A stretch of DNA of 64,000 nt, taken from NCBI GenBank assembly GCA_039621445.1, contig CP154954.1, forward strand, positions 310,001 through 374,000, read 5' to 3'. The notes under the pieces were generated by a model. The model saw only the letters and a list, made by a program, of their open reading frames with translations. It was not told the DNA's origin and searched no databases. Shown in pieces: positions 40,501 to 57,700 of the stretch. This stretch comes from Euglena gracilis (lineage: Eukaryota). Every line of letters begins with the position of its first letter. Within the stretch, counting starts at the first letter, position 1. A program made the translations under genes and the position numbers.

Positions 40501-40798
40501 ATGAAATGATCATTCATTTATTAATAACAAAAATAAATTAGAGGAATAAATAAATTATTTTTTAATAAAACATGGAAACAAATAACAAAAACTACAAAAT
40601 GATCGTATAAACATTTCCTACTAAAGTTCCAAATTATTTTTCTTTATAAACATAAGAAAATTTAAAGATAAAAAAATTCTTTCGATAATAAAAACTAAAC
40701 TACTAAAATATCGGAAAATTAAGAGTAAAAATTTAATTTACATGGACAAAAAATTTTTTTAAAAATAAGATCCAAATTTTACGAATCGCACATCCCAT
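37526..40798 (-). CDS. psbB: Photosystem II CP47, 5 exons (approx 40792-40798, 40275-40289, 39664-40170, 39025-39095, 37526-38452)
   Basis: [19 protein letters not shown] start; [31 protein letters not shown]; three group II introns (~502, 568, 572 nt) and one 104-nt group III intron. Confidence 0.95.
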
Positions 40799-40858
40799 AG
40801 TATATTAAAAATATCATAAAAATTAAAAATTAACTTTCTATAAAGACAAAAAGTTAAA

Positions 40859-40931
40859 AGCGGGTAACGTGATTCGAACACGCGACATTGGACTTGGAAG
40901 GACCACGCTCTACCAACTGAGCTATACCCGC
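40859..40931 (-). tRNA. trnG: tRNA-Gly(UCC)
   Basis: Reverse complement GCGGGTATAGCTCAG...CCT-TCC-AAG...ACCCGCT. Confidence 0.93.
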
Positions 40932-40937
40932 ATAAAT

Positions 40938-41010
40938 TACCCCCAGGGGAATTCGAATCCCCGTTGCCTCCGTGAAAGGGAGATGTCCTAGGCCTCTAGA
41001 CGATGGGGGC
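40938..41010 (-). tRNA. trnE: tRNA-Glu(UUC)
   Basis: Reverse complement GCCCCCATCGTCTAGAGGCCTAGGACATCTCCCT-TTC-ACGGAG. Confidence 0.95.
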
Positions 41011-41037
41011 AAATTTAAGATAAAGAAAAAAAATAAA

Positions 41038-41110
41038 CGCGCTCTGTAGGATTCGAACCTACTACATCAGGTTTTGGAGACCTACGTTCTACCAATTGAA
41101 CTAAAAGCGC
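41038..41110 (-). tRNA. trnW: tRNA-Trp(CCA)
   Basis: Reverse complement GCGCTTTTAGTTCAATTGGTAGAACGTAGGTCT-CCA-AAACCTG...AGAGCGCG. Confidence 0.95.
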
Positions 41111-41114
41111 AGTT

Positions 41115-41186
41115 TGGCTCAGACAAGATTTGAACCTGTGACCAAGGGCTTATGAATCCCCTGCTCTACCTCTGAGCTACTGAGCC
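41115..41186 (-). tRNA. trnM: tRNA-Met(CAU), elongator type
   Basis: Reverse complement GGCTCAGTAGCTCAG...GGGGATT-CAT-AAGCCCT...TGAGCCA; G1-C72 paired. Confidence 0.9.
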
Positions 41187-41201
41187 TAAAAATTAATAGA
41201 T

Positions 41202-41274
41202 GGTGAATGACGGGGATCGAACCCGCGAATGAAGGAGTCACAGTCCTTTGCCTTACCACTTGGCTACACCCACC
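41202..41274 (-). tRNA. trnH: tRNA-His(GUG)
   Basis: Reverse complement GGTGGGTGTAGCCAAG...AAGGACT-GTG-ACTCCTT. Confidence 0.94.
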
Positions 41275-41338
41275 TATAAAAAATATAATAAAAATTTATT
41301 ATAACTCGAAAACTGTCTGATTAAATATAAAAATATTT

Positions 41339-41420
41339 TGAGTCGTGCTGGATTCGAACCAGCGAAAGATGAACTAGCGGATTTACAATCCGCCCCCATT
41401 AACCACTCGGGCAACAACTC
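41339..41420 (-). tRNA. trnY: tRNA-Tyr(GUA)
   Basis: Reverse complement GAGTTGTTGCCCGAGTGG...GCGGATT-GTA-AATCCGC, long variable arm. Confidence 0.94.
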
Positions 41421-41496
41421 GCAATTAGATGTTAAACAACAAAAACAATTAACATAGAAAAAGTTATTTAAGATCAAAAAAAATATAGATAAAACT

Positions 41497-42114
41497 ATGT
41501 CAAGATATAGAGGACCACGATTGCGAATAGTTCGTAGAATAGGAAAACTTCCAAGTCTTACAAATAAAACATCAAAGAAAAGAAAATCCCCAGGGCAACC
41601 AGCAACATCCTTTAAAAGGAAAAAAAAAATATCAAAATATAACATAAGATTAAAAGAAAAACAAAAACTGCGATTTAACTACGGAATAACCGAAAGACAA
41701 CTTCTAAATTATGTAAAAAAATCTAGGAAAAAAAAAGGATCATCCGGAAGATTTTTGCTAACTTTTTTGGAAATGAGATTAGATAATATTGTACATCGAA
41801 TAGGTTTTGCACCTACAATAATGGCTGCAAAACAACTAATAAATCATGGTCACATTTGTGTAGATGACAAAGTTATCAATATACCTAGTTTTATTTGCCA
41901 ACCAAAAAGTATTATAAAACCTAAAAAAAGTACTGTATCAGAAAATGTCATACAAAAAAACATAGAATCTAAAGAATTACTATTAATACCACCACATTTA
42001 TCTCTTAACAAAAAAAACTTAGAAGCAAAAATTATTGGTTTAATCAATAGAAAAGCGATATCGTTAATAGTTAATGAACTTTTAGTAATCGAATTCTATT
42101 CACGCAAGGTCTAA
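41497..42114 (+). CDS. rps4: Ribosomal protein S4, intronless
   Basis: MSRYRGPR, LKEKQKLRFNYG, LEMRLDNIV, LVIEFYSR. Confidence 0.97.
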   Translation: MSRYRGPRLRIVRRIGKLPSLTNKTSKKRKSPGQPATSFKRKKKISKYNIRLKEKQKLRFNYGITERQLLNYVKKSRKKKGSSGRFLLTFLEMRLDNIVHRIGFAPTIMAAKQLINHGHICVDDKVINIPSFICQPKSIIKPKKSTVSENVIQKNIESKELLLIPPHLSLNKKNLEAKIIGLINRKAISLIVNELLVIEFYSRKV

Positions 42115-42237
42115 TTATAAATTAATTTATAGGGAAAATTGTGAATAATATAAAAAATGAAATAAATATTAAAAACTCAAGGAAATCATGCTTTTTGCAA
42201 ATTTTGTTCTTAAAAAGAAATATTTATTTATAAAAAA

Positions 42238-42834
42238 ATGATAAAACAAAAAAAAAAAATAATCAAAATAACAAAAAAAAAATTTCCAAAAGGAATTGTC
42301 CATATTATGGGATTAAACTTACATGCAATCAAAAATTAATAGTATATAATGTAATATAAAGTTATTATAATTTTTATCTTTAAAAAAAAGCATTTAAAAA
42401 TCAATATCTTAAAAAAACAACTTATAATAATGAAGCGATTTAATATTAAAAAAATTATACAAAAAATCATCACAATAAAACTAAAAAAAATTTTCCTTTA
42501 TATTAAATAATAGAAAATACATCTAATTAAATTCTTAGTTTCGGTAAGTGATCCAAAAGGAAATGTAATCGCTTGGTCATCTTCAGGAGCATGCGGTTTT
42601 AAAAGCTCGAAAAAGGCTACACCGTTAGCTACAAAGACAACTACTGCAATTGCCGTTAAGAAAGCTATAGAACAAGGACTTCAAAAAGTTGAGATAAACA
42701 TTAGTGGACCTGGAACCGGACGAGAAACAGCTTTAAAATGCGTACAAAGTTTAGGTCTACGCATAAGTTGCATAAGAGATGTCACTCCCTTACCACATAA
42801 TGGATGTCGACCTAGCAAGAGACGTAGAATATAA
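42238..42834 (+). CDS. rps11: Ribosomal protein S11, 3 exons (approx 42238-42306, 42414-42431, 42532-42834), two group III introns
   Basis: MIKQKKKII...KGIVHI | KTTYNN | FLVSVSDPKGNVIAWSSSGACGFK...PHNGCRPSKRRRI*. Confidence 0.9.
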
Positions 42835-42905
42835 AATAACAAAATTTATTTAACACGTTTTAAAATAAATAAAAAACAATATTAACATTTATTAATATTG
42901 ATAAA

Positions 42906-42989
42906 GCAGGCATGGCGGAATTTGGTAGACGCGCAGGATTTAGGTTCCTGTGTCTTTATGATGTGAGAGTTCGAGTCTCTCTGCCTGTA
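42906..42989 (+). tRNA. trnL: tRNA-Leu(UAG), inverted copy
   Basis: Reverse complement of 33583-33666. Confidence 0.93.
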
Positions 42990-43034
42990 TTAAAAATTAA
43001 ATGATCATAAAAAATAACGAAATTACTAATCAAT

Positions 43035-43108
43035 CGGGCAAGAAGGGATTCGAACCCCTGACTCCGTAGTTCGTAGCCACGTGCTCTAGTCCACTGAGCT
43101 ACAAGCCC
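43035..43108 (-). tRNA. trnR: tRNA-Arg(ACG), inverted copy
   Basis: Reverse complement of 33464-33537. Confidence 0.93.
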
Positions 43109-43111
43109 TTA

Positions 43112-43183
43112 CTCCTTAAGTAGGATTCGAACCTACGACCGATCGGTTAACAGCCGATTGCTCTACCACTGAGCTATTAAGGA
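43112..43183 (-). tRNA. trnN: tRNA-Asn(GUU), inverted copy
   Basis: Reverse complement of 33389-33460. Confidence 0.93.
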
Positions 43184-43199
43184 TAAAGTAAATAACCTT

Positions 43200-43272
43200 T
43201 GAGGGCAAACGGATTCGAACCGCTGACATTCTGCTTGTAAGGCAGACGCTCTACCAACTGAGCTATACCCCC
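43200..43272 (-). tRNA. trnV: tRNA-Val(UAC), inverted copy
   Basis: Reverse complement of 33300-33372. Confidence 0.93.
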
Positions 43273-43302
43273 AGTTACTCAAATTATAGTAAATTTTGCT
43301 AA

Positions 43303-46300
43303 TTAATTTTTAAAACCAGTACCTGCGGGAATAATATTTCCTAAAACTAAATTTTCTTTTAACCCAGATAACCAATCAGCTCTTCCTTGTAAAGCAGCTT
43401 TTGTTAAAACTCTAGTAGTTTCTTGAAAACTCGCTTGAGCTATAAAACTTTGACTAGATAGAGAAAAACGAGTCAATCCCATAATTATAGGCTCATAAAC
43501 AATACTATTTACTAGTCTTTTATTTAATACCTCTACTAAATTAAGATCTAAAAAATCCCCTACCATAAAGCTAGAATCACCTGGATTAGTAACAATCACT
43601 TTTGACGTTATTTGTTTAACAATAAGTTCAATATGTTTATCCGCTATTTTGACACCCTGAGATTTATAAACAGTCTGAACACCATCTATTAAATATTTTT
43701 GTATTACCTCAAAACTTTTTCGCGCAGCTACAAGATTCTCATAATCATCTAAAAAAGTAAAAAAAGACTCCGTCAATATATCATGAGGGTTATTTATTAT
43801 TTCTTTTAACGAAGAAGTCATTCGAGCTTCTAACAATTTTTCTACTTTAGGCAATCCTTGAACTATATCATAAGTTTTTTCTCGGACAAAATTAACGCGA
43901 TATAATAATTGGTTCTTTCTTATAAAAGGTTTATCTTCTATTCTCATCAATGTATCATCATTAGTCGAAAAAGGCATTACTTTTCGAAAAATCGAAAACT
44001 CTTTTCTTTCTTGTATTATTTGAGAAGAATGAAGAAGCTTAAAATTACTAATTATTTGACCCGTTTTAAGAAAACATCCAATTTTAAAATTACCAAAAAT
44101 ACGCTTTTGTTTTTTAAGATTTCGAAGCATTATAACCTTATCTTGATCAAGTATACATGTAATAATATGTGAACTTCTTTTTTTTAAAACTTTCGATTTA
44201 TCAACTAAACTATTAACGTTCCTAATGTTAATAAATAATTTACCAAATTTACGAGGAAAAAGTTCTTTCTTCCTGTTAACAAATAATTCTTTTTTATGAA
44301 CATTTGTAGTAGGACAAATTAATTTATTTTTAAAAGAAAATTTCTTTGTCAAATGAAAAAATAAAGAAGTAAAACTCATAATAATAGAACTTATTATCCA
44401 AAATATTTTTCCAAATTGCTTCGAATTAATTTGAGGGAAAAAGATTTGACCAGAAATTTTTGCCTTAACATCTCGAATTTCCTCAATACCAAAAACGTCA
44501 TTTTTCAAGTTAGAATTTACAGATTCTCCTATTATTTGCTTATCAAATATTTTTCTTCCTGGCTTAACATATAAAAGCGTACTAGAAGGTAAAAACATAA
44601 TAGATTTACTAACGTCATTTTCGTAAATCACAATTTTTTTTTCTTGCAAAGTTAAAAAAGCTTTTTCCTTAAATTTATTATAAACTCTTCTTAACCCTGT
44701 AGTTAAAGTTGACCTATAAAAATCACTTTTACGAAGTCATACTTGATATATTATATCATACGACTACTCAATTATAATTGTGATTAATTTAATGGCTAAT
44801 ACTTCATATTTATTTTATAATTGCGATCTATAAATTTAAATACTAATAATAAACATCCCCTAACCCCAAACTAATTTTAATCGTTCCTTCTATTTTAAAA
44901 CATCGTTTTTTAGAACATGTTTTATCAAATAAAGTTTAAAATTATAAATTTTATTAGAAAAACCATTTATTCTCACTCTATTTACTAAAAAAATACGTAA
45001 CAAAATATAAACAACATTTTGTTTATCTATTCTGCAAAATTGATTTCAATTATAAAAAAATAAACTTACAATATAAATCAATTTAAAAAACTTTAAGTTA
45101 CTATCTATAACAAGTAATAAATATAAAAATTGTAATACAATAACAAAGACAATTAGTCTAAAATAGAAAGTTTAATTCTGCCATTAAATATTGTAAAATT
45201 AAAAACGATACACACTTCAAATCGTACCATATTTTTCCATTTAAAGGAGATGTTATAACTTCTTTTGCCTTTGCAGAAAAAACACCACCCGTATGAAAAG
45301 TTCGCATTGTTAATTGCGTACCAGGCTCACCTATTGATTGAGCAGCTAAAATTCCTACACATTCACCAAGTTCTACCATTTTGCCACAGGCTAAATTCCA
45401 ACCATAGCATATTTGGCATATGCCTTCCATTAATACACAATTAAAAGGTGTACGAATATAAACCTCGGGAAAATTAATAATTTTTTTAAACGTATAGACT
45501 GAAAGTTAATATTTAATAAAAATATTTCTCATTCGAAACCGAGCATGAAAATTCTTTTTCACTCGGCTACCTAAAAATCATAAACTTTTTATGATATTTA
45601 AGAAATATATCAGCATATGCCGGTGATTACACCTACTACTTTTCATAGAGTATTTTAAACGTTTTTATAACATCGTTCAGACCTTTTGCTTCATATTCCA
45701 TCCTTATAAATAAAAATTCAATTCGTTTATACCATAACTACTATACATAAAAGGTATGTTTTAAAATGGCTCCTAATATAACTCCCCCTTAATTTTCAAT
45801 AACAAAGTGTAATAAAATATTATAAAAAAAGTTGAAGCTTTTTAGTTTCTTAATTTTCTGTAAACCATATAAAATTACTATTTCAAATACTTTTAATACT
45901 TTGAAATTTTAATCCTGTTTTTTTATTCTAATAAAAAGGAAATTATGTTTAATAACAATGATCTGTATATTATTAGAATTTCGCTAATTTTAAAGTATAA
46001 TAATCTTAGATAAAAATTAATATAAAAGAATTTGCCACATTCCTTAAATTTTAAAATTTTTGTAGCTCGAACCACACATTACAAATATCTTGACCAGCAC
46101 TAACTAAAATATCACCTGTTTTGGCATTAACAATAGTTTTTGCTAATACTCTACCAATTAATTTTTCCTTCAAAAACTTTAGTTCTTCTTTATCTTGGTT
46201 TTGTAGTAATACGCACGTATTATATTTTGTAAAACAATCCGACCTTTTTACAATTAAGTTTTGTGCTGTATAAATCATTCGTCTAGTTAAATACCCAGCA

Positions 46301-46890
46301 TTAGCTGTTTTTAAAGCAGTATCAATTAAGCCTTTTCTAGCACCGTAACAAGAAACAAAATATTCAGTAATATTTAAACCTTCTTTAAAATTAGTTTTTA
46401 TTGGAAAAGGAATTACATTACCCTGAGAATCGGACATTAGTCCTCGCATACCTATCAATTGTTTCACCTGTGTAATACTACCCCTTGCACCTGACAAAGT
46501 CATAGAATACAAAGGATTCAAAAAGTCGGATTGTCTCAAATTATTAATAGATTCTTTCTTCAAATTTTCATTAACGACATTCCAAATATCCCTTTCTTCA
46601 TCCAAAACATTAATGAAATTTATCATACCATTTTTATATCGATTTCTCGTTTTAAATAAAATTTTTTCAGAACTTTTAACCAAATTTGCTTTTGAAGAAG
46701 GAATTTTAAGATCTCCAAGTCCTAATGATAATCCAGTGGTTGTTGCATAGGTAAAACCAAAATTTTTCATTTTATCCAATAACTCTTTTGTTCGGATACT
46801 ACCATAATTTGACAAAAACCAGCTAATTAAATTTCTAATTTCATTTTTATCAAAAACTCTATTAAAACATACTATATTTCCGAAATTCAT
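43303..46890 (-). CDS. rpoC2: RNA polymerase beta'' subunit, inverted copy
   Basis: Exon ORFs match 29682-33269 except DCFT versus DCFK. Confidence 0.93.
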
Positions 46891-46982
46891 AATTAAAATA
46901 ATAATTTAACAAACTTATTGAAATAAATCAATAAAATAATAAACTTTAAAACTACTTAGCTCATACAAAAAATTAAAGTATT

Positions 46983-50444
<3,462 letters not shown>

Positions 50445-50528
50445 AAATACAAAAATAAATAAAAATAAGTATCAGGTCTTAATTGACCATAAAAACTTCA
50501 TAAAAAAAAAAATAACTCAAAAATTTAA

Positions 50529-53500
50529 CTAATCGAATTTTTTATAATTATTTGTAAAAATTTTAATATCAATACATAAAGATTGCATTTCTAAAATAAA
50601 TAACTTGAAAGCTTCGGGAATATTTGGCTTAGAAAAATAAGTACCATTTATTAAACTAAATAACGCTTCTGATCTATTTAATACATCATCAGATTTAATA
50701 GTTAATAACTCCTGCAACAAATATGCAGCACCAAATCCTTCTATAGCCCAAACCTCCATTTCCCCAAACCTTTGTCCACCATTTTTCGATTTTCCACGTA
50801 AAGGTTGTTGAGTTACTGAAGAATAAGGGCCGGTAACTCTCGCATGAATTTTGTCTTTAACCATATGTATTAATTTTAAAATATACGCATAACCAAAAGC
50901 TACAGGGTGATCAAAAGGCCTACAATTTCTACCATCATATAAAAAGGCTTTTCCTGGATAATTTGGATTAAAAAGCCAATCTTTTTTAGTTCTTTTACGC
51001 GCTTCATTTAATTTTTTATACACAAAAGATTTTGAATTCATACTTGTTTGGACTTCATCAAAAGGTTGAATTTTATACCTTTCTTTCAAAAATAAAGAAG
51101 ACAAGTTTAACAAACTTTCAAAGACTTGACCAACATTCATTCTAGATGGTATGCCTAGAGGATTTAAAATCATATCAACAGGTGTACCATCAGGAAGAAA
51201 AGGCATATCTATAGACGGAACAATTTTCGAAATTATACCTTTATTACCATGCCGTCCTGCAATTTTATCACCTATTTGTATTCTGCGTTTTTCGGCAACA
51301 TGAATAAGAACAGAACAATTCGACTTTTTACATAAAATCTCAACACTTGTAACAATACCTACCAAAGAGCGAGGAGAACGTAAAGAAACGTCTTTTCGTA
51401 CCTTATTGCCAAAAAATGCTATTAACATTTTATTTTTTGGCGTATTTTTTAACTTAACTTTAATTCTTCCAATTAAAACATCCTGTGCTTTAATCTCTGA
51501 ACCTATTTTAATAATACCATTATTTTTCAAGTTTTTAATAGTTTTTAAACTTGCATTAGGAATAAACATACTAATATTTTCTTAAAACTTAACAAATTAA
51601 TATTCGTTTTCAAACTAAACATCTAAACTAATAATAGATTTAGCTTTATTAAATAAAATAAACATTTTTCATTTAAATCAAAAAATTTTAATTGAATTTA
51701 ATTTTTCATTAATAATGAAATATGAAAAAAAGCTAAATATAAATTTTTGAAAAAGTTATAAAAAAAATTAATAATTTTAAAAACAAATAAAAGTTATAAT
51801 TAAATATCTCTAAATAATATTTATACCAAAATTTACGAAAAATAAAATTAAGAATTAAATTTTCAAAATTAACTAAATTTAAATTCGCACACCTTTTTTT
51901 TCATCATTTACAATAAAAGTTTTAAATTTTTTCATATGTATAGAAGTAAAAATATCTTCAAAAACAAGCCTTTCACTAATAATTACGGCATCTTCAAAAT
52001 TATAACCTTCCCATCCAAGGTACGCGACCAAAACATTTTTTCCTAAACAAATGCCACCTCTTAATGTACTCATACCATCAGCTATAATTTGTCCTTTTCT
52101 AACCCACTCACCTTCATGAACAATAGGAATTTTCTGAATATAAACACCGTGATTCGATTTCTTAGGAGACTCTAAAAAATAAATTTTTTGGTTAACTTTT
52201 TTAATAAGTTTAAAATTTTTTTGAGATATTTCATTTAAGCACCCCAATAAATTAAAAAAAGAATAATTTTTATTAAAAAATTCAATATTAGCACAATATT
52301 CTTCCTCTTGAATAACTATTTTTTTTAAACTAGAATAAATTACTTTTCCACTACTTTTTGCTAAAACCGTGGCATCACTTTCTCGATTAATTAAAGCCTC
52401 GCGTCCAGTTTTTATAAAAGGAACTTCCTTTTCCAATAAAATAAGAGATTGTCGTTGCATGTTTGAACCCATAAGAACCCTATTAGCATCGTTATGCTCC
52501 AAAAAAGGAACTAAGCCTGTACCTAATGAAGTAAATTGATCTGTTGAAATACTTATAAAATCAATATTTTTTGAGAAAGAATATGAAAAAATTTTACTTC
52601 TTTTAACACCTAGAAGCTTATTTTTATCTAAAAGATTACTTTGAGAACTTCTAAAGACATCAAACGGAGCTACTGTAAAATATTTTTCCTGCGCAGAAGA
52701 AATAAAATAAATTCCTTTATTGGTTTCTATCTTTCCTCTCAAAACCTTATAAAAAGGGCTTTCTAAAAATCCATACTTATCAACTCTTACATCTTTTGCT
52801 AAAGATAAAATCAAACCAGCATTTTTTCCCTCACTTGTCTCAATAGGACAAACCCTTCCATATTGACTAGTATTTATTTCTCTTACATCTAACTTTGTTC
52901 TTTCTTTATTAAGACCATTAGGACCAAAGGGACTTAACTTCCTTTTATGTGTAAGCTCAGACAAAGAATTTGTATCATCTAACAATTGAGAAAGTGGATT
53001 AACAGAAAAAAACTTTCGAATACGATTAGTTATAAAGTAAGAATTAAAAAATCTAGATAATCTAAAAGTTTTTTCAGAAGGATTTTTATAAAGAAATATC
53101 AATTTTTCTTTTAAACTAGATTCTAATTCATTTAAAATAATTCGGAATTGACTTTGAAGAAGTTCACCTATACTACGTACTAATTTGTTTTTTAAATCAT
53201 CGATCTCATCAAAAGGTATCATTAATAAAATATTGCTAAAAAATTTTTAAAAATAAAAATTTTAATAAATTTAAATAAACAAACAAATAAAGATACTATT
53301 ATTCTTCATTATTTCCCAACCTTTCTTTAACTCAATCAAATAATGAGCTATACCCAAAACATCTTCGGGTTGCAAAGTTCTATTACTTTGAAAAAATTCG
53401 GATCTATAAATTTTAGTATTAACCCTAAAGCGACCTACTTCACCCAAATCATATTTACGTGTTTAATCTCGGCTAATAATGCTGGCATAAAATAATAAAT

Positions 53501-54500
53501 CAAAAAATTTTAAAATAATCTATAAAAAATTTAACTTTTGTAAATTACAAAAAATACACGAATAAACTCAAGATCCATAAACTTTGAACGTAAAAATTTT
53601 CGGGCATTTCCTTTCAGATAAAAAAACATCTGAAAAAATAAAAAAAATATTAATATCTTATTAACTAAAAAAATAATATAAAATAATAAAATCAAACATA
53701 TAAAAATCTCAAAAAACGAACATTAACTTCGTTTGGAAAAAATATTTTATAAAATTCGAAAAATTCCAATCTAATACCATAAGACTCACTTTCTTGTAAC
53801 GTTTCTATAAAAATAGGATCGTTAAGATACAAAAAAAATTTTTTTCGGGATAGGCCTAAGCATTTCAAAAAATTTATTAAAGGTATAGCTGTCTTTATTT
53901 TGTCTACTTTAACGAAAATTCCCTCGTCTTGACCCAAATATAAAAAATTTTCAATTTTAAAAAAGAATTTAATTTAATGTAAAAATATAATTTAAAAATC
54001 CAAATTACTAAATAACATTTAAAAACGCACATCAATTTTAAAAGTTAACCAACTACCAAAAGTTGGTATTAACGTCGCAAATATGGAATCATTATAACGA
54101 TTTTTATCAAAATAAACGCGCCAAGGACTACGAATTAATTTGGTTAATTAATTTAAGTAAATTGGTAATTTTTTTATTGTGTTTTAAATTTTTTGGAAAA
54201 ATGATTAAAAAAACTCAAACCTAAAAATTAAAAAAAATTAACTTATAAATATAATTAATAAAAAATTAAAAGTAATAATATAAACCACATCCATAATTCT
54301 TTTATTACCGTTAAAAATAAACGTACCTTTTTCAGTCATTAAAGGAATTTTTGCAAATAATATATTTATTTAATAAGATAATAAATTCTTTTTTGCTAAA
54401 AAAAAACTTATTATTATAATGAAAAATATATTATAAAATTAATAGGAAAAAAATAAAAAATCTCTCCTAACAAGGAAACATATTATTATAGGCCTTCCAA
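50529..54500 (-). CDS. rpoB: RNA polymerase beta subunit, inverted copy, 5'-truncated within exon 2
   Basis: 447-aa, 346-aa and 81-aa ORFs identical to first copy; becomes noisy beyond ~54100. Confidence 0.9.
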
Positions 54501-54771
54501 GCAGGTAGTATGAAACAGATAAACTGTATGGTTTCTGACCTTTTTCAAGGCAAATTCCGCAGATAGGGTGTGGGAATTAGGCTATTAAATTAGTATTCAC
54601 ATAGTATGTTTGGAGAGAGCTTATTCGTGAAAGAAAGGAAACTTAAAGGATGAAGAGAGAAAGAGGAAGAGAAGAGAGGAGAAGAAAACTCTTCCTAATT
54701 CCTTACTCCTTCCTTACTCATCCTCTACTTCTCTTTCTATTCTAACTTCTAAACAGGAGAGGGATTTATTA

Positions 54772-57700
54772 TTTGCATTGAAAAACGGGGAAACATACAG
54801 TTTATCTGTTCATATACCTGTTGAAGTTACCTATAATAATATGTTCCTTGTTAGGAGAGATTTTTATTATTTTTCCTATTAATTTTATAATATATTTTTC
54901 ATTATAATAATAAGTTTTTTTTTAGCAAAAAAGAATTTATTATCTTATTAAATAAATATATATTATTTGCAAAAATTCCTTTAATGACTGAAAAAGGTAC
55001 GTTTATTTTTAACGGTAATAAAAGAATTATGGATGTGGTTTATATTATTACTTTTAATTTTTTATTAATTATATTTATAAGTTAATTTTTTTTTAATTTT
55101 TAGGTTTGAGTTTTTTTAATTCATTTTTAACCAAATTATTCGTAGTCCTGGCGTTTATTTTGAAAAAAATCGTTATAATGATTCCATATTTGCGACGTTA
55201 ATACCAACTTTTGGTAGTTGGTTAACTTTTAAAATTGATGTGCGTTTTTAAATGTTATTTAGTAATTTGGATTTTTAAATTATATTTTTACATTAAATTA
55301 AATTCTTTTTTAAAATTGAAAATTTTTTATATTTGGGTCAAGACGAGGGAATTTTCGTTAAAGTAGACAAAATAAAGACAGCTATACCTTTAATAAATTT
55401 TTTTAAAATGCTTAGGCCTATCCCGAAAAAAATTTTTTTTGTATCTTAACGATCCTATTTTTATAGAAACGTTACAAGAAAGTGAGTCTTATGGTATTAG
55501 ATTGGAATTTTTCGAATTTTATAAAATATTTTTTCCAAACGAAGTTAATGTTCGTTTTTTGAGATTTTTATATGTTTGATTTTATTATTTTATATTATTT
55601 TTTTAGTTAATAAGATATTAATATTTTTTTTATTTTTTCAGATGTTTTTTTATCTGAAAGGAAATGCCCGAAAATTTTTACGTTCAAAGTTTATGGATCT
55701 TGAGTTTATTCGTGTATTTTTTGTAATTTACAAAAGTTAAATTTTTTATAGATTATTTTAAAATTTTTTGATTTATTATTTTATGCCAGCATTATTAGCC
55801 GAGATTAAACACGTAAATATGATTTGGGTGAAGTAGGTCGCTTTAGGGTTAATACTAAAATTTATAGATCCGAATTTTTTCAAAGTAATAGAACTTTGCA
55901 ACCCGAAGATGTTTTGGGTATAGCTCATTATTTGATTGAGTTAAAGAAAGGTTGGGAAATAATGAAGAATAATAGTATCTTTATTTGTTTGTTTATTTAA
56001 ATTTATTAAAATTTTTATTTATTATAAAAATTTTTTAGCAATATTTTATTAATGATACCTTTTGATGAGATCGATGATTTAAAAAACAAATTAGTACGTA
56101 GTATAGGTGAACTTCTTCAAAGTCAATTCCGAATTATTTTAAATGAATTAGAATCTAGTTTAAAAGAAAAATTGATATTTCTTTATAAAAATCCTTCTGA
56201 AAAAACTTTTAGATTATCTAGATTTTTTAATTCTTACTTTATAACTAATCGTATTCGAAAGTTTTTTTCTGTTAATCCACTTTCTCAATTGTTAGATGAT
56301 ACAAATTCTTTGTCTGAGCTTACACATAAAAGGAAGTTAAGTCCCTTTGGTCCTAATGGTCTTAATAAAGAAAGAACAAAGTTAGATGTAAGAGAAATAA
56401 ATACTAGTCAATATGGAAGGGTTTGTCCTATTGAGACAAGTGAGGGAAAAAATGCTGGTTTGATTTTATCTTTAGCAAAAGATGTAAGAGTTGATAAGTA
56501 TGGATTTTTAGAAAGCCCTTTTTATAAGGTTTTGAGAGGAAAGATAGAAACCAATAAAGGAATTTATTTTATTTCTTCTGCGCAGGAAAAATATTTTACA
56601 GTAGCTCCGTTTGATGTCTTTAGAAGTTCTCAAAGTAATCTTTTAGATAAAAATAAGCTTCTAGGTGTTAAAAGAAGTAAAATTTTTTCATATTCTTTCT
56701 CAAAAAATATTGATTTTATAAGTATTTCAACAGATCAATTTACTTCATTAGGTACAGGCTTAGTTCCTTTTTTGGAGCATAACGATGCTAATAGGGTTCT
56801 TATGGGTTCAAACATGCAACGACAATCTCTTATTTTATTGGAAAAGGAAGTTCCTTTTATAAAAACTGGACGCGAGGCTTTAATTAATCGAGAAAGTGAT
56901 GCCACGGTTTTAGCAAAAAGTAGTGGAAAAGTAATTTATTCTAGTTTAAAAAAAATAGTTATTCAAGAGGAAGAATATTGTGCTAATATTGAATTTTTTA
57001 ATAAAAATTATTCTTTTTTTAATTTATTGGGGTGCTTAAATGAAATATCTCAAAAAAATTTTAAACTTATTAAAAAAGTTAACCAAAAAATTTATTTTTT
57101 AGAGTCTCCTAAGAAATCGAATCACGGTGTTTATATTCAGAAAATTCCTATTGTTCATGAAGGTGAGTGGGTTAGAAAAGGACAAATTATAGCTGATGGT
57201 ATGAGTACATTAAGAGGTGGCATTTGTTTAGGAAAAAATGTTTTGGTCGCGTACCTTGGATGGGAAGGTTATAATTTTGAAGATGCCGTAATTATTAGTG
57301 AAAGGCTTGTTTTTGAAGATATTTTTACTTCTATACATATGAAAAAATTTAAAACTTTTATTGTAAATGATGAAAAAAAAGGTGTGCGAATTTAAATTTA
57401 GTTAATTTTGAAAATTTAATTCTTAATTTTATTTTTCGTAAATTTTGGTATAAATATTATTTAGAGATATTTAATTATAACTTTTATTTGTTTTTAAAAT
57501 TATTAATTTTTTTTATAACTTTTTCAAAAATTTATATTTAGCTTTTTTTCATATTTCATTATTAATGAAAAATTAAATTCAATTAAAATTTTTTGATTTA
57601 AATGAAAAATGTTTATTTTATTTAATAAAGCTAAATCTATTATTAGTTTAGATGTTTAGTTTGAAAACGAATATTAATTTGTTAAGTTTTAAGAAAATAT

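Noticed and set aside
34160..42410. Small single-copy region of a canonical quadripartite plastome flanked by 12-kb inverted repeats
   Set aside because: The repeats contain no rRNA genes, the left border is garbled, petB is cut mid-intron and a third copy follows.
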